From Phyllobates terribilis (Eukaryota): a stretch of DNA of 64,000 nt. Both the position numbers and the translations under genes were made by a program. The stretch spans positions 711,264,001 through 711,328,000 of the forward strand of contig NW_027362763.1 in the NCBI RefSeq assembly GCF_046119375.1. Direction: 5' to 3'. Every line of letters starts with the position of its first letter. The stretch's first letter is position 1. Shown here in pieces: positions 1-13,759 of this stretch. The notes beneath the pieces were generated by a model. The model was not told the DNA's origin and did not search any database. It saw nothing but the letters and a program-made list of their open reading frames with translations.

Positions 1-639
1 GCACTCACTCCTTTCATTATCTACGAGTCAGCTGGGCTGCGCTTTACTTCCATCAGTCCCATAGACAGTGAATTGAGTGCAGGCCAAATATGAGCACCTG
101 TGCACAATTCAGGACTGGGCTGCAGAGACTTGTTGTTGGGGTTCCATAGCCCTATTCTTAGTTTTGCTTGGGGTCCCAGAGATTGGATTGGCAGCAATCA
201 GTAAATTTTCTTCTAGCCTACAGGTTAGGGCTTGAGGATGACTTCTCAGTTAACTTATTTGTCATAGAAATATTAAGAATTTCTCCCAAACCGCTCTTCC
301 CCCCTCATCGACCATCTGTCAGAGTAAAAGAAGCTGTCTCTATGCAAATGGGACGCATATTTTTAGTGGCATGGTCAGCTGAGGACCAATACGCATAATT
401 TTCCGAATCTGTACGCCCTTCTGGTGAGCTGTAATGCAAAAGTACAAAATAACAGGCCACACCTATGCCATGTGTGGTCTCTAAAGAAAGTTAAATTCGT
501 AATCGAAAATATAATATCACTCTCGCGCTTCTGCGATCAACCTGCGAGGAGTTATCGCGAAAGTTAGATATTTTAATAAAAACATGAAGGGTGGAGCCCC
601 TTCCATGTGATGTCATCACAGGGGTGTGTGGGCAGGTTT

Positions 640-1066
640 GACATAAAAGATGAAGCTGAAGATGGGTCAATACTCATTGCAGGGAGGTATATATTCTATA
701 AGCAAGGGGTCCGTTTGACAACGGTCAAATTGGAGCGCCTCCCCTCCTGCTAAGCTGAACCGTCTCTGCGATCCATATAGTAAGTTCTTCTTTAATCCCA
801 TTTTATTTGTGTAACTGTATATTCTGTATTGTAATGTCTCCCTTTGTAAAGCCTTTTGTATATTTTTCATAAACACTGCCTACCTTTTGGAATTAAATAT
901 AAAATTTAATAGTCCTGTTTCTTTTGGTCTGTAATCGTTCCCTCCCCCGAAGTCATGTACGCTACCAGAAAGCAGGCGTCCGATCAGGCCTGTATTATAT
1001 TTTAAAATTGGTCGGTGGCGGCAGCGAATAATATTAAGTGGGTTATCGTGAGGCTATCAGTGATAG
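640..1066 (+). mobile_element. Fragment of a long LTR related to the element at 25119-26892; boundaries uncertain
   Basis: Shares TGTATATTTTT(C/T)ATAAACACTGCCTACCTTT (about 856-888 vs 25938-25970) and a downstream TTGGT..GG(C/T)(G/A)GCAGC block with the 25119 LTR. No TSD found. Confidence 0.45.
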
Positions 1067-1097
1067 TACGAGGGGGGCCAGTCGATGCTGGGGGAAA

Positions 1098-2265
1098 TGT
1101 CACAGTGACGGTGACCCGGTCCATGACCCAGGGCGGTCAATAAAAGGGGTTTTAAAGAAAAGGATTATAGTTTTTATGTTTAATGTTCATGACGCCACCT
1201 GTGGTATGCGGCTATATGGAGCCGCCACTGCGGAGCAGGTCCTCTGGAGCTGCTGGTAATGCAGCAGAGTTGGTTCAGCTCTCCACAGGTAAAGCTAAGC
1301 TCCAGGGCATTGCTGTGGTGATTATAGATGAGGTAGATGTTGTTGTGCAGTGTGGTGCAGGGGATGATGGCGCAGCAATAATTCAGAGACAGTGGGGTGA
1401 AGTCTTCAGGGTTTACTCACGATTATCACGTTGCTCCTGGTTACAACTGCTGTTCATAACCACCCATGTCGTCCGGTGTTTACTCAGGGAGGGGTTCAGC
1501 AAACCCTCAGGTAATTCAAGAGCACTTAGCGGGACCCCTTTCTGTGTGTTCCTCCTGGTCATCTTCCTGCGCTGGCTCTCACCCTCCTGCCCTGCGCCTC
1601 GCAAACAGTGTCCCAAGCCGGTAACTTCAGATCTTGGCGGGCAACCTGGAGTTCCCTGGATCCTGTGCTACCTTTTTGGCGATTAATTACGGCTGTGGCA
1701 ACTACACCCTGGAAATGTAGAAGCCTCCGGTTTCTAGCTGAATATTGCAATTCTCACTAGTTAGGGGCCGGACCCCTTTGCGGCCTGATCCTTCCACTCC
1801 TGGTAGATTCGGGCGTACGGGTGGCCTCCTGCACTTCCCGTACCCCTAGGATACTTTCTTTCCTTCTGGAGCCTTCCTTCCTGCTCCTCTCCTCTCTTCA
1901 GTCTCACCTCCTGAGCAGAGCTCCTGCAGAGCTCCTGCTTCCACTACTTCTCTTCTCAGACTGATCTGTCCTTTCAAGATGGCTTCCCTTTTTATATCCT
2001 CCTTCTCAAGTGCTCCCCTGATCTTCTTCCTCCACCCACACCCACTACATGGTTCCCCCTCTCTTAGTTCCCCCCACTCCAGCCAGGGACAGGGCTCAGC
2101 AACGCAGCAGTGCATTTTGCCCCTCCTGCCGGTCTGGAGTAGTGTAGTGTTGGATGCACGTGTTTGGGTCCCGGGCAGTACTCCATTCTTACCTGAGAGT
2201 GGGGTACCACACCTCTGGGTGAGATGCAGTACCTCTGTGGCGACTGAACCCCCAGGGGTTCCACA
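1098..2265 (-). mobile_element. Solo LTR, Gypsy-like family A, diverged copy; left boundary uncertain
   Basis: Minus-strand start TGTGGAACCCCTGGGGGTTCAGTCGCCACAGAGGTACTGCATCTCACCCAGAGGTGTG matches the starts of the copies at 23645-24852 and 49967-51179. No TSD recovered. Confidence 0.7.
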
Positions 2266-3184
2266 CATACCGTACGCTCACTGCTAGCTTGCTGATAATT
2301 ACTTAGTGAGAACAGCCTGCAGCCTCCTATAATGATCGTCGGCCAATCGTGCAATTGTCCGAGCGACAGGGGGCAGCAGAGAGCTGCTTGCTCAAGAGAT
2401 CGCAGTGGGTGGTCTCTGTGAGTAATCGGCATCGTCTTAGTCTGTGATATCATTCTGCAGCCACTTATAGAACGTACAACACAGGCTAAAGGTGCAAACA
2501 TTTTTAGGAAACTGAATTGCAAAACTGATCTTTAATCCTAAGTACATGCATTTAAATAATAAAAAAATCGACAACCACTTTAAACCAATTTGATATCCTG
2601 CAGCCGGGTCACCCGGCCTTTTTCCTTTTTTTACCTTTTTTCTTGGTCAATGTACACACCCTCTCTCAGAATAATTACGTGTCCATTTCATACAAATCCA
2701 AAGAAAAAAAAAATTTGCCCAATGCCCTGAAGGCTAAGTTTCTTTTCATATTTTTACATATTAATATCCATCACAGAAACAGTGGCAGCAGAACATGACG
2801 GCAATACAGCATTAACAGGGTTGTCCACTACGCAGACCACCCCATCTGAATCCATATGTTTACCCTCAGTAAAATAATAAGACTTATACTCCCCTTCAGT
2901 GCTGGTGCCGTTCCAGCGGAGTCGGCACTGGCGCTCCCGAGAATCGCATGACATTGTTATGTTACGCAATCCCTGCTGCCAATCAGAGATGGCTTCACGT
3001 AATTGACATCTGAAGGAAGTGAGAGCTGATCGTGCTCGCTCACTTTCTCCGGATGTCTTAATTTATCTGATCCCCAGGAGTGCAAAAGGGGAAACCAAAA
3101 GCAAGGGCAAGCAGATGTTAGTATAAGTGTAATATACAGGAGCATACAAAACCTATAATGAAAACATAATACACAGGCATACTG

Positions 3185-3750
3185 CAGTTTTATCTACTGT
3201 ATATAGAGATCATATCAATTATTGTAAAAGAGGAGAAGGTGAGCTGTGACATCACTTATTGTGAATATTGGATAATGTGTTATGTATATAGAGTTGTTAT
3301 CAGTCATTGTACAGGAGGGGGTGAGCTGTGACATCACATATTGTGAATAGTGGATCCTGTGTTATCTGCTGTATATAGAGGTGATACCAGTCATTGTACA
3401 GGAGGAGGAGGAGGTGAGCTGTGACATCACCTATTGTGAATGGTGGATTCTGTGTTATCTACTGTATATAGAGGTGTTATTAGTCATTGTACAGGTGGGG
3501 GAGGAGGTGAGCTGTGACATCAACTATTGTGAATGATGGATCCTGTGTTATCTCTTTTATACAGGGGTGTTTTCTGTGATTGTACAGGAGGAGGAGGTGA
3601 GCTTTGATATTGTCGATTGTGATTGTTGGACCCTGTGTTATCTACTATATATAGAGGTGTTATCAGTCATTGTACAGGAGGAGGTGAGTTGTAACATCAC
3701 CTACTCTGAACGGTGGATCCTGTGTTCTCATCAATTTATAGAGGTGTTAT
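3185..3750. repeat. Tandem repeat, about 82-94 bp unit, about 6 copies
   Basis: Recurring GGAGGTGAGCTGTGACATCACCTATTGTGAAT...GTTATCTACTGTATATAGAGGTGTTATCAGTCATTGTACA. Confidence 0.9.
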
Positions 3751-4224
3751 GAGACCTTGTAATCCTCCTTGTGAAGATAATGGAACTGCTGAAAAGTGAT
3801 ATCTATAGAGCAGAAAGTACCAGCCAGGCCCGGCGTCAGCACCCCGTGCACCCGGGCAAGTGCCGGGGCCCTGAGCAGGTGGGGGGGCTCACTCGCCGTC
3901 AGGCACCCCTGCACGCTATGGGGCCCGTGAGCGGAGGAGTGCGGTGCCGGTGCCAGCGCCTGCCTGCTCCCCCGCTTGCTCAGGGCCCCGGGCAGCCGGA
4001 GGCACAATACTTAACTCTCCCCGTGCCTCCGCAGCAGCTCCGATGTCTTCCGCGTCCTCTGACTGTGACGTCTCAGGTCAGAGGGCGCGATGACGTCTTT
4101 ATACCGCGCTCTCTCCTGAGCCATCAGAGTGCAGAGTGGGAAGACGCCGGCGCAGGTGAGGGGTACGGAGCAGCGGCAGCAGGTGAGAAGAAGTGAAGTG
4201 AGTATTTGATTTTTTTTTTCTTTA

Positions 4225-4640
4225 CATCCTGCATGGGGCATTATATGATGGGGGGGTGATGACATCCTGCATGGGGCATTATATGATGGGGGGGTGATGA
4301 CATCCTGCATGGGGCATTATATGATGGGGGAGTGATGACATCCTACATGGGGCATTATATAATGGGGGGCGATTGCATCCTGCATGGGACATTATATGTA
4401 GGGGTGGCACAGCCTGCATGGGTAATTATATGGGGGGGGGGTGATGACATCCTGCATGGGGCATTATATGATGGGGCGGTGATGACATCCTGCATGGGGC
4501 ATTATATGGGGGGGAGTGACATCCTGCATGGGGCATTATATGGGGGGGTGACATCCTACATGGGGCATTATATGGGGGGGAGTGACATCCTGCATGGGGC
4601 ATTATAAGGGGGGAGAAGTGACATCCTGCATGGGGCATTA
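4225..4640. repeat. Minisatellite, 30-38 bp unit
   Basis: Repeated GGGGGTGATGACATCCTGCATGGGGCATTATAT. The ORFs listed here are repeat artefacts. Confidence 0.92.
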
Positions 4641-4644
4641 TGTG

Positions 4645-4920
4645 ACGGGTGGTATCCTGTATGGAGCGTTATAAGGGGGGCAATATCCTGTATGGAGTGT
4701 TATTTGAGGGCCAGTATTCTGTATGGAGCATAATATGAGGGCCAATATACTGTATGGAGCATTATATGAGGGCCAGTATTCTGTATGGAGCATTATATGA
4801 GGGCCAGTATTCTGTATGGAGCAATATATGGGACCCATAATACTGTATGGAGGACTTAGTGGTGCCCATAATACTGTAGGGAGCAATTAGTGGTGCCCAT
4901 AATACTGTATGGAGGACTAT
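4645..4920. repeat. Minisatellite, 31 bp unit
   Basis: Repeated GAGGGCCAGTATTCTGTATGGAGCATTATAT (for example at 4768 and 4799). Confidence 0.9.
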
Positions 4921-6079
4921 ACTGTCCGGTCTGCACTGTGCGCCGCGAGGATTCGCCGGTTTCTGAGCTATTGTAGAATTTACAATAGATATCGCTCATG
5001 TAATGTAAGAAGTGAAATCTTTGCATTGTACTATATATTTGTTTCTCTGCGGTATCTGTGCATCATGAATCGTGGTATGTGCTAAAGGGGCCCACTGAGA
5101 CTCTTTCGCCCGGGGCCCACGAAAACCTGGAGCTGACCCTGGTACCAGCCTAGAATAATCAGTGACTAATGTCAAAACTGCATTATTTCAACGTTTTTTC
5201 TTAATGCAGAATGTGAAAAACCCCATTGCCAAATGTAGAAAAAATATACATTTAACACACAAACTTGATTTTTCTTATTCTATACATTGGTCTGGTCCAT
5301 GAAATTTTGCCTATATACAATACCTTCACACAGTCCATGAGTCTAGACATCTACATTGTTTAGATGCATTTGTAAATCATGGTCATCGTCCAGTCTCTGT
5401 TTTAGCACATAGTCGGAGGACTCCACTCCCTAATATCCATATGATCGATATGATCGAATGGGGGATTTCCTGCTAACATTTTGGGGGGATATGATGCAAT
5501 TATTTAAAAATATATATATCTTAGAGGCATTTAGAGACCGAAGCAGTGATTTTTCCATGCTCTGTGCTTCAGTTTGTGCAGCCTGCTTGTGTGGTCTTTT
5601 CCTACATAGCAAAGCTGTGGTTATGCTTGGTACTTTTCCACACAGTAGTAAAAAGAAAAAAATTACAGCTGATGTGAGCAGCTCTGTCAGTGCAAAAATT
5701 TAAAAAACTGACTTGATGGAAAGTTGCCACCTAAAGTACTTTTAGAGGGTTGGTCAATAAATTTAGCTCGACATTACGGTGCTACTGTATATTTTTCAAT
5801 GCTCCAATTTTTCTGACAGTGAGCTACATCATGTATATGATTTCTATTGTTTTATTTTCTCTATGTAAGTTTCAAGGTCAGCTTGGTGTCTGAGTGGTTG
5901 GCACTGTTGCCTAGCCGATGAAAATGCCCATACTGTGTTCAAGATGGGGACTGATATAAGTGGTGACCATGCAAAATCTCTTGGTGCCATATAAGCAACA
6001 GGATATGAAATAATTAAATCATAAGCTTGCATAGAAAAGTGACATCTGGCCCACATTGAATATGCTGCGTGAGTCAGGG

Positions 6080-6945
6080 TGAGTGTAACGCCATGGACTA
6101 GAATGGCACTGGCTGCGTTGTAATGCAGGAATCTGTAAGATAACTGACCACATGTGAATACCCAGGGTCTTCCGTGGGCGTAATACCACTCAGACAACAC
6201 AGGGTTAGGGTAAAACAGCATGGCAATACTTTATTGAACTACAAAATGGACAATAAACACATAGAACAGTCCCATCATAAACCCAAGATGGTACAACATT
6301 ACACAGTCTCACCCTTCCGCTCCGCCCACGTGGGACAGAACTGCTGTACCTTTGGGACTTCCAGGGCCAACTAACTCAACCAGTTGCCCCCCACTTCTAG
6401 GGGGCCCCCACAGAGAGAAGGTAGCGGCAAGCTTAGGAAGCTAGCAGTCCATCGAGGTACAAGGCCAGGAGACCCGAGAGTCCCACCCTGGCCTTTTCCA
6501 GAGTTTCCATGAGGCCAGATGACTGGCGGGTCCCAATCTGGCTTCTCCGAATGTCTCCATGGGTTCCGGGTGACCAGAGGGTCCCACTTGGCAACCCCAA
6601 ACAACATGTCCATGGGGCCAGGTGACTTCATCGTCCCAAACTGGTCTCCCAAAAAGTATCCATGGTCTCTCTGATGGTCAATGGAGCAGATCAGTATCTT
6701 TCCAGTCAGGGTTATATACCCTTAGACTAGAATCATGTAGAATCCAAATCTGTGTCTCTTTGGATAAAGCCATACTACCAAGCTGATGGTGTGAAGAGAG
6801 TCTGATCTTTGATTCTCCTTGTAAAGTATCTTTTCAATCTCTGTTTCAAGTCTGACTGCTACAGAAGCACATGCCCCTTAAAATAGTTACAGTTGTCCTT
6901 GCAAGTACACATTCACAGATAAGGGGTTAGGGATAGCATTACTCA
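6080..6945 (-). mobile_element. Solo LTR (866 bp)
   Basis: TG...CA ends with short terminal inverted repeat (TGAGTGTAACGC / GCATTACTCA). 5-bp TSD CAGGG (6075-6079, 6946-6950). Minus-strand AATAAA at 6230-6235. Confidence 0.8.
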
Positions 6946-7000
6946 CAGGGCAAAGCTATCATTGTTTGAGCTAATGTATTTACATAGTTGGCATAGTAGG

Positions 7001-8029
7001 TGTAGCGTCGGCGTCCCTGCCTCCTGCTAGGCAGGGATGCTGTTCCCCTCACCTCTCCACTCTGTGCCCGGCGTCCTTCTCCTGCTCTGCTGGCAGCGCG
7101 CGCTGCTTCCCGGCCACTGTGCTTAGGGCGCGCGCGCGCTCCCCCTCTCTTAAAGGGGCCACGCGCGCCGTCCTAAGGAGTCCCTGGCCAATGGCCGGAG
7201 GACCTCACCATATATAAGGCACCTTCTCCAAAATGGAGGTGCCCGAGCAATGTTGTTGCAAAGCCTTTACTCTGCTTCAGCCCTCAGATCCCGCTACCAG
7301 TTACCTGCCAGTCACCTGCCAGATTCCTGCTTGAGACCTGCCTGATATCCGTTTACCTGCTTGCAAGCCTGCGGTCCGACGGTCTGCCTTCCGACACCTG
7401 TCAGTCTGTCTATGGACCAGCCTGCCCGCTCACCTGGGAGCGCTCATCTGCTACCTGCCTACTAGCCTACCTGGAGGCTCCGCTGTCACTTGCCATGACC
7501 ACCTGCCCGTCTAGAGACTCTTGCCTGCTCACCTGGGAGCGCTCACCTGCTACCTGTCTGCTAGCGTACCTGGAGGCTCTGCCGTCACTTGCCGTGACCA
7601 CCTGCCCGTCCAGAGACTCTTGCCCGCTCACCTGGGAGCGCTCACCTGCTACCTGTCTGCTAGCCTACCTGGAGGCTCTGCCGTCACTTGCCGTGACCAC
7701 CTGCCTGTCCAAAGACTTTCGCCCGCTCACCTGGGAGCGCTCACCAGCCACCTGCCTGTTGTCCTTCTACCCAGAGACTGTCCCTGTCACTTGCCGTGAG
7801 TACCCGTCCTTCTACTCAGGGACTGTCCCTGTCACTTGCCGTGACTACCTGCCCTTCTACCCAGAGACTGTCCCTGTCACTTGCCGTGACTACCTGCCCT
7901 TCTACCCAGAGACTGTCCCTGTCACTTGCCGTGACTACCTGCCTATTTTCCCCGGGAGCCACCCGCTTCCTTACAAGGACCGCCCCCTTGTATAGTTGCT
8001 CAGAGGTTCCGCCTCCCAGACCCGTTACA
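7001..8029 (+). mobile_element. Solo LTR (1029 bp), Gypsy-like
   Basis: TGTAGCG...CGTTACA ends. 5-bp TSD GTAGG (6996-7000, 8030-8034). CCAAT near 7187 and TATATAA near 7211. Confidence 0.9.
7405..7950 (+). repeat. Tandem repeats inside the LTR: 99-bp unit (about 3.5x), then 45-bp unit (about 4.5x)
   Basis: GACCACCTGCCCGTC at 7497 and 7596; CCAGAGACTGTCCCTGTCACTTGCCGTGAC at 7861 and 7906. Confidence 0.9.
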
Positions 8030-9391
8030 GTAGGCGGCTCTTTAAATCAACATCATTGTTTCAGAATCCAAGAGGAGACAACAATCGGGGTTATACAAAT
8101 ACTGGTCTGTTCTTCTTAACCAGCCACATAAATACACATACATTTACAAGTACACAAAAATAATAGTGTGTTTCTCCTGGATTTACAAATCTAAATGTCT
8201 GGCTTATTACGATTATAGGCTGTATTGTCACACCACACAAATATGTAGTGGAGCTACAGGTAGAAAAGGAGGAAAAGATAAAACTTTTTCCTGGAGTGAT
8301 GCGTTAAACGGGCTGTCCACCTTAGGCTACAAGTCTGCAGTCACTCTATGTGACTGTAGACTTGTGAATCCTCACAAAACGCGCACTGGGCACTGTGAGG
8401 ATTCGTTGGTGCCGGGAGCCGTGGTAGCATGACGAATAGTGATGAGCGAGCATGCTCGCTGCTGCTCGGTGCTCTCCCGAGCATCTCACTGCTCGAGATG
8501 TTCGGCGCTCGCTGAGTATTTCCGGGGTTGCTCGGTGGGAGCTCGGGTCCCCTCCCTGCATGTTTGGCGCTCTTTAGAGCGCCAATCAACATGCAGGGAT
8601 TTCCTGTAATTGTAATGCCGCAGCCATGATGGTTGTGGCATTACAGTGATTGGCTGGCCGCACAGCGTCATCAGGTCTATATCAGACCTGGCGCCGCTGT
8701 GCTCGTCACAGTCACTCTGGAATCAGGCAGAGTAGGGAGAGGTGCTGCTGCATCAGGGAGAGATTTGCTTGTGTATTAGGTAGTGTAGGGAGAAAAAACG
8801 TACATTACACATATCCATCTTAACAAACAGTCCTTTTGAGGACTAACTAATCCATCTGCAGAGATATCAGGCAGGCAGTGTATATAGGCAGGCAGGGTAT
8901 ATAGCAGACTGCAGTGCATATAGCACAAGAGGCTCCATTCCAATTCTGCCTTCTGCTGCTGTTAGATATTTCTATACAAAGGCACAGGTCTCAGGGGCCA
9001 GGAATACTTTTTTTTGGATCTTAATCCTCATTATTTGCTTAAAAAGCAATCCAGAGAACACTGTTTTTCTGCGCCACTTGCTTGTTGGCACTGCAGAATA
9101 CAGCCAGGTCCTTTCCATATTACAGCACTAGAAATCCAGCTATTTAAAACTGTGTTTTCTCCGTCAAACGGATCGCATATACGTTGTCAGAAAATACTGC
9201 CATTTCTGGCCTCCATTAAAAATTTCCTTTAGTGTGTCAGTGAAGCAATTCACCGCAGTTTGCTGTTCAAACTACTTACCTACAGGCCAGGTATTTAAAA
9301 CTCTGTTTTCTCCGTCACACGGATCACATATAAGTTCGCTCCAAACTCAGTCATTTGTAGTGAGCGTGGGAGATACTGTCCTCCATTTAAA

Positions 9392-12300
9392 ATGGGCAAG
9401 GCACGTGGCAAGGGAAGGGGAACTGAACTTGATGGTGCATGCAGAGGCCGAGGACAAGGCCGTGGACAAGCTAAAATTGTGCCACAACAAACACCCACAT
9501 CTTCTCGCCTGACCTTCCTGTCCCAATTCCTAGGGGACCAAAGCACAACACTTTTGAACCCCGAGCAGTGTCAAAAGGTTGTTGGTTGGATAGCGGATAA
9601 TGCTTCCAGTCACTTAGCCACCACCACCACCACCCTGTCTTCCACACGGTCGAGTCTCAGTAGCCGTGAGTCTGGACCGCATATTCCTCACCCTGATCCT
9701 CCTTCCTCCCACCATACCAAGTGCCCGGAGACAACTGATCCCACACTTGGACACTCTGAAGAGCTGTTCACTTTTCCATTTATAGATTCAGGCCTCTCGC
9801 CCGGTCCACTTGAAGCGGGGCAAGAGGAGATCGCGTATAGCGATGCCCAAATATTTGAGCAGCCATGGTCACACGAAGGCGACGGTGGGAAAGTGTCACA
9901 AGAGGTGGACGATGATGAGACACAATTGCCAGAAATCAGGAGGAGGATGAGGGTGCGGAAGTGGAAGATGAGGTGGTGTTTGATATAGTAACTGACCCAA
10001 CCTGGCAGGAGGACATGCAGAGCGAGGACAGCAGCACACAGGGGGAGGGAGGCAGAGCACCCCAACAGGCAGGAAGAAGCAGTGTGGCGGCCGCAGACAG
10101 AAGGCAGGCAACCGTTCCCCGTAAGACCAACACGAAGGAAGTTGCCAGTACAACTGTTAGGTCTTCCCGAGTCTGGTTGTTTTTTAAAGACTCTGCCGAT
10201 AACCCCAAAAAGGTCATTTGCACCACCTGCCAGGCCAGCATCAGCAGGTGTGGCAAAATGACCAGCCTGACCACCACCAGCATGATCAGGCACATGGCAG
10301 CAAAGCATCCGACTTTGTGGGCTGAACCCCAGGGTCCAGGGACAGTGTCTGCAGGTGGCACCATTGCTTCTTCCGCTGTAGTGCATGCAAGCCAATCCCC
10401 TGTCCATGGTGCATGCGAAGATGCCTCCTGCCCTGCACCTGTCGTTGCACACTCTCAAGTAGCAGCATCAGGAAGCACGTCCAGTTGTCCATACCCCAGT
10501 CCTTGGAATGCAAGCGCAAATGTGTAGCCAATGCCCCACAGGCCACACTACTAAATTCTCTCATTTCACGACTACTTGCGCTCGAAATGTTGCCTTTTAG
10601 GTTTGTGGAGACGGAAGCATTCCGCAACCTGATGGCGGCGGCCGTCCCTCGGTACTCGGTCCCCAGTCGCCACTATTTCTACTGGTGTGCCGTCCCCGCA
10701 TTACACAAGCACGTGTCCCAAAACATTAGCCGTGCCCTCAACAACGCAGTTACTGGGGAAGTTCACCTAACCGTGGACACGTGGACAAGTGCTTGTGGGC
10801 AGGGATGGTACATCTCGCTGATGGCACACTGGGTTAACATAGTGGAAGCCGGGACCCAGTTGGACCTTGGGACGGAGCACGTCCTCCCGATGCCAAGGAT
10901 TGCGGGCCCTAGGTCAATCAGGGTTGCCCCCACGGTCTACAGCTCCTGCACCTCATCCTCCTCAGCCTGCTCTTCAGCCTCCATCTCCGAAATGACCACA
11001 TCAGTCACAAGCTGGAAGCAGTGCAACACTGCCTCGGCCAAGCGGCAACAGGCTGTGCTGAAGCTAATATGCTTAGGTGAAAAAACGCACAATGCTGAAG
11101 AGTTGTGGACAGCTCTGAAAGAGCAGGCAGATCTGTGGCTCACACCGCTGAACCTACAGCCAGGCATGGTCATGTGTGACAATGGCCGGAACCTGGTGGT
11201 GGCTCTGAGGCGAGGCGAGCTCACACACATACCATACCAGGCCCGTGTGCTTAACCTCGTGGTTCAGCAGTTTCTCAAATCCTACCCGGAGCTGCCGGAT
11301 CTGCTTGTTAAAGTACGCCGCCTGTGTGCCCATTTTGGAGAGTCAGCTACAGCTTCTGCCACCCTTGCCGAGTTTCAGCAGCATTTGCAGCTTCTGGCTC
11401 ACAGACTGGTGTGTGATGTCCCCATGCGTTGGAACTCTACACTGCAGATGTTGGGAAGCATTTATGAGTAGAAGAGGGCAGTTGTTGAGTATCAGCATCA
11501 ACAAGGCCGTTGGTATTCAGTTCAGACTCCACACATAAGACCTCAGGAGTGGACATGGATGTCAGACATATGTACCATCCTCCAAAACTTTGAGGACTCC
11601 ACCAAGATGGTGAGCGGCGATGATGCCATAATTAGCGTCACCATCATCTTCTCTGTCTTCTGAAACGCTCTCTGCTCACAATCAAAGAGGATGCATTGCA
11701 GGCGGAGCATGATGAGATGGAGCAAGGAACCATACAGGGTGATTACACACAGCCAAGCCTCATCTCATCCCAATGTGGATTGGGTGACAATGAGGAAGAG
11801 GAGGAGGAGGAAGGACAGGAGCTAGTTTCATGCACTATAGACGGTACTACCTGCACAGCTGTCATACCGTCTGTTCAGCATGGATGGCCAGAGGACAGAG
11901 AGGAGGAGGAGGAGAAGAGCATGGTCAGTCATCCTCTTGGTGAGGACACGAAAGTCTTGCCTGTTAGCAGTCTGGCACGCATGGCTGAGTTTATGTTATG
12001 CTGCCTTTCCCATGACCCTCGCATTCTTAAAATTTTGGGTGACAGTCATTACTGGTTGATGACACTTCTAGACCCACGTTACAAGGAGAACTTTATATCT
12101 CTTATTCCTGAGGCGGACAGGTCTACAAAAATAGGGCTGTACCAGAAAGCCCTTGTTGCGAAACTATTAAAAAAATTCCCGTCTGAAAATGCTGGCGGCA
12201 GAGGGCACACTTCGTTGGATAACCAAGGAGTACAGGCAAGAGAGACACAACTTCAATCCAGCAGAGGCAGGGGAGCACTGTCAAAGTTCTGGGATAGTTT

Positions 12301-12674
12301 TCTCACACCCTCCCATCGCACAGGCCCTGAGGCGCGGGGTACTCTCAAAAGGAGTGCAAAGTTTGTGAAGATGCTGAGGGAGTTCCATTGCCGACCGTAC
12401 CTACATCCTCCGTGATTCCGCTATGCCTTATAATTATTGGGTATCCAAGCTGGATACGTGGAGTGAACTGGCTCTCTATGCCTTGGAGGTCCTGGCCTAC
12501 CCTGCCGCCAGCATTTTATCAGAGCGGGTTTTTAGTGCCGTTGGTGGAATTATAACTGATAAGAGCATCCGCCTGTCAACTGAAAATGCTGACAGGCTGG
12601 CTCTTCTAAAAATGAACAAGGGCTGGATTGGGCCAGACTTCTCAACACCACCGAATGATAGCAGCGTAACATAA
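9392..12674 (+). pseudogene. hAT transposase pseudogene (BED zinc finger, DDE, C-terminal dimerisation domain) with several frameshifts and stops
   Basis: Consecutive ORF pieces give VWLFF..VICTTC..MIRHMAAKH (BED), VHLTVDTW, MCDNGRNL, CDVPMRWNST, LLDPRYK and ASILSERVFS, collinear with the intact ORF at 53401-57102. Confidence 0.95.
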
Positions 12675-12984
12675 ACTCAAATCCAGTGTCTTTTCTTGGG
12701 AGGTGTATTCCCATGCACCTTTTCACACCCACACATGGGTATACGCTTCCTGATTTTGGCTATTTGCTCTTGTCCTCCTCCTTCTCCTCATCCTCCACCA
12801 CCATATCACCAGGGTGACCGTGGTCCGTGATGCAACACCCACATAATTTTTTTAAAGGGTGTTTATGATGCCCATAAAAAATTTTTTTTATACAGTATGT
12901 TCATGTATACCCCCCAGGGGTAAATGTTTGTCAGCCCATACACTTAGTACATGGGCATTACAAGTATAGGAGGCCCGCTCCTAT

Positions 12985-13560
12985 CTAATGGGAACATTTT
13001 TTTATGAGGCCCTCCTCCACGTCTCTTCCAAGGGTCATTGAATTGCCTCCAAATTTTTGGCAGCCCTTGCATTCACTGCATAGGCCAACACTATGGGAGA
13101 CTCGTTCCTTTCTAATCGGAATTTGTCGTTACTGTGGCCCTGCTCTGTGTGTCTTTAATTTCTAAGTGGGTTTTTTCCTAAATTTGGTCAGCCGTTGGAC
13201 TCACTGCATACCCTATAACTGTATAGCAGACTCTCTCCTTTCTAATGGGAATTTGTCGTTACTGTGGCCCTGCTCTATGTGTCTTTAATTTCTAAGTGGG
13301 TTTTTTCCTAAATTTGGTCAGCCGTTGGACTCACTGCATACCCTATAACTGTATAGCAGACTCTCTCCTTTCTAATGGGAACATGTCCTACTCGTTACTG
13401 TGGCCATGCTCTATGTGTCTTTAATTTCTTAGTGGGTTTTTTCCTAAATTTGGTCAGCCGTTGGGCTCACTGCATACCCTATAACTGTATAGCAGACTCT
13501 CTCTTTACTAATGGGAACATGTTGTACTCGTTACTGTGGCCATGCTCTATGTGTCTTTCA
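12985..13560. repeat. Subterminal tandem repeat of hAT-1, about 130 bp unit, 4-5 copies
   Basis: AATTTGGTCAGCCGTTGG recurs at 13181, 13311 and 13447. Confidence 0.85.
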
Positions 13561-13759
13561 GAGTCCCTCCATCATCAATGAAACAGGATGTGTCTGATGA
13601 TGTGTCACACACCACATTGCCAGAAAAGGTTGTAAAATGTTAAAATGACATTTCCCGGTGAATGCATTTGCTTTAAAAAATAATGCAAAAAAAAAAAACA
13701 GTAGGATCTTTCTTTAGTATAAAAACAGAGTCGCCAATGTAACCTCAATTTAATCACAT

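Larger units (their letters stand above)
3825..5141. mobile_element. Non-autonomous hAT-type DNA transposon with internal minisatellites
   Basis: Perfect 8-bp TSD GTACCAGC (3817-3824 and 5142-5149). Imperfect TIRs: CAGGCCCGGCGTCAGC and, as reverse complement of the right end, CAGGGTCAGCTCCAGG. An 8-bp TSD is the hAT hallmark. Confidence 0.88.

Noticed and set aside
1-255. MITE remnants here and at about 2812-3140, 17630-18000, 20800-21700, 44770-44950, 45960-46100 and 46500-46720
   Set aside because: They resemble T2, Harbinger or hAT MITE ends, but paired termini or TSDs could not be established, so they were not listed as features.
1183-2522. ORFs of 100-212 aa here and at 23992-24513 and 49941-50695
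   Set aside because: They fall within GC-rich solo LTRs, have no domain motifs and are not conserved between the three copies.
9688-10458. 256-aa minus-strand ORF and similar antisense ORFs in 53574-56667
   Set aside because: Shadow frames of the GC-rich transposase coding sequence.
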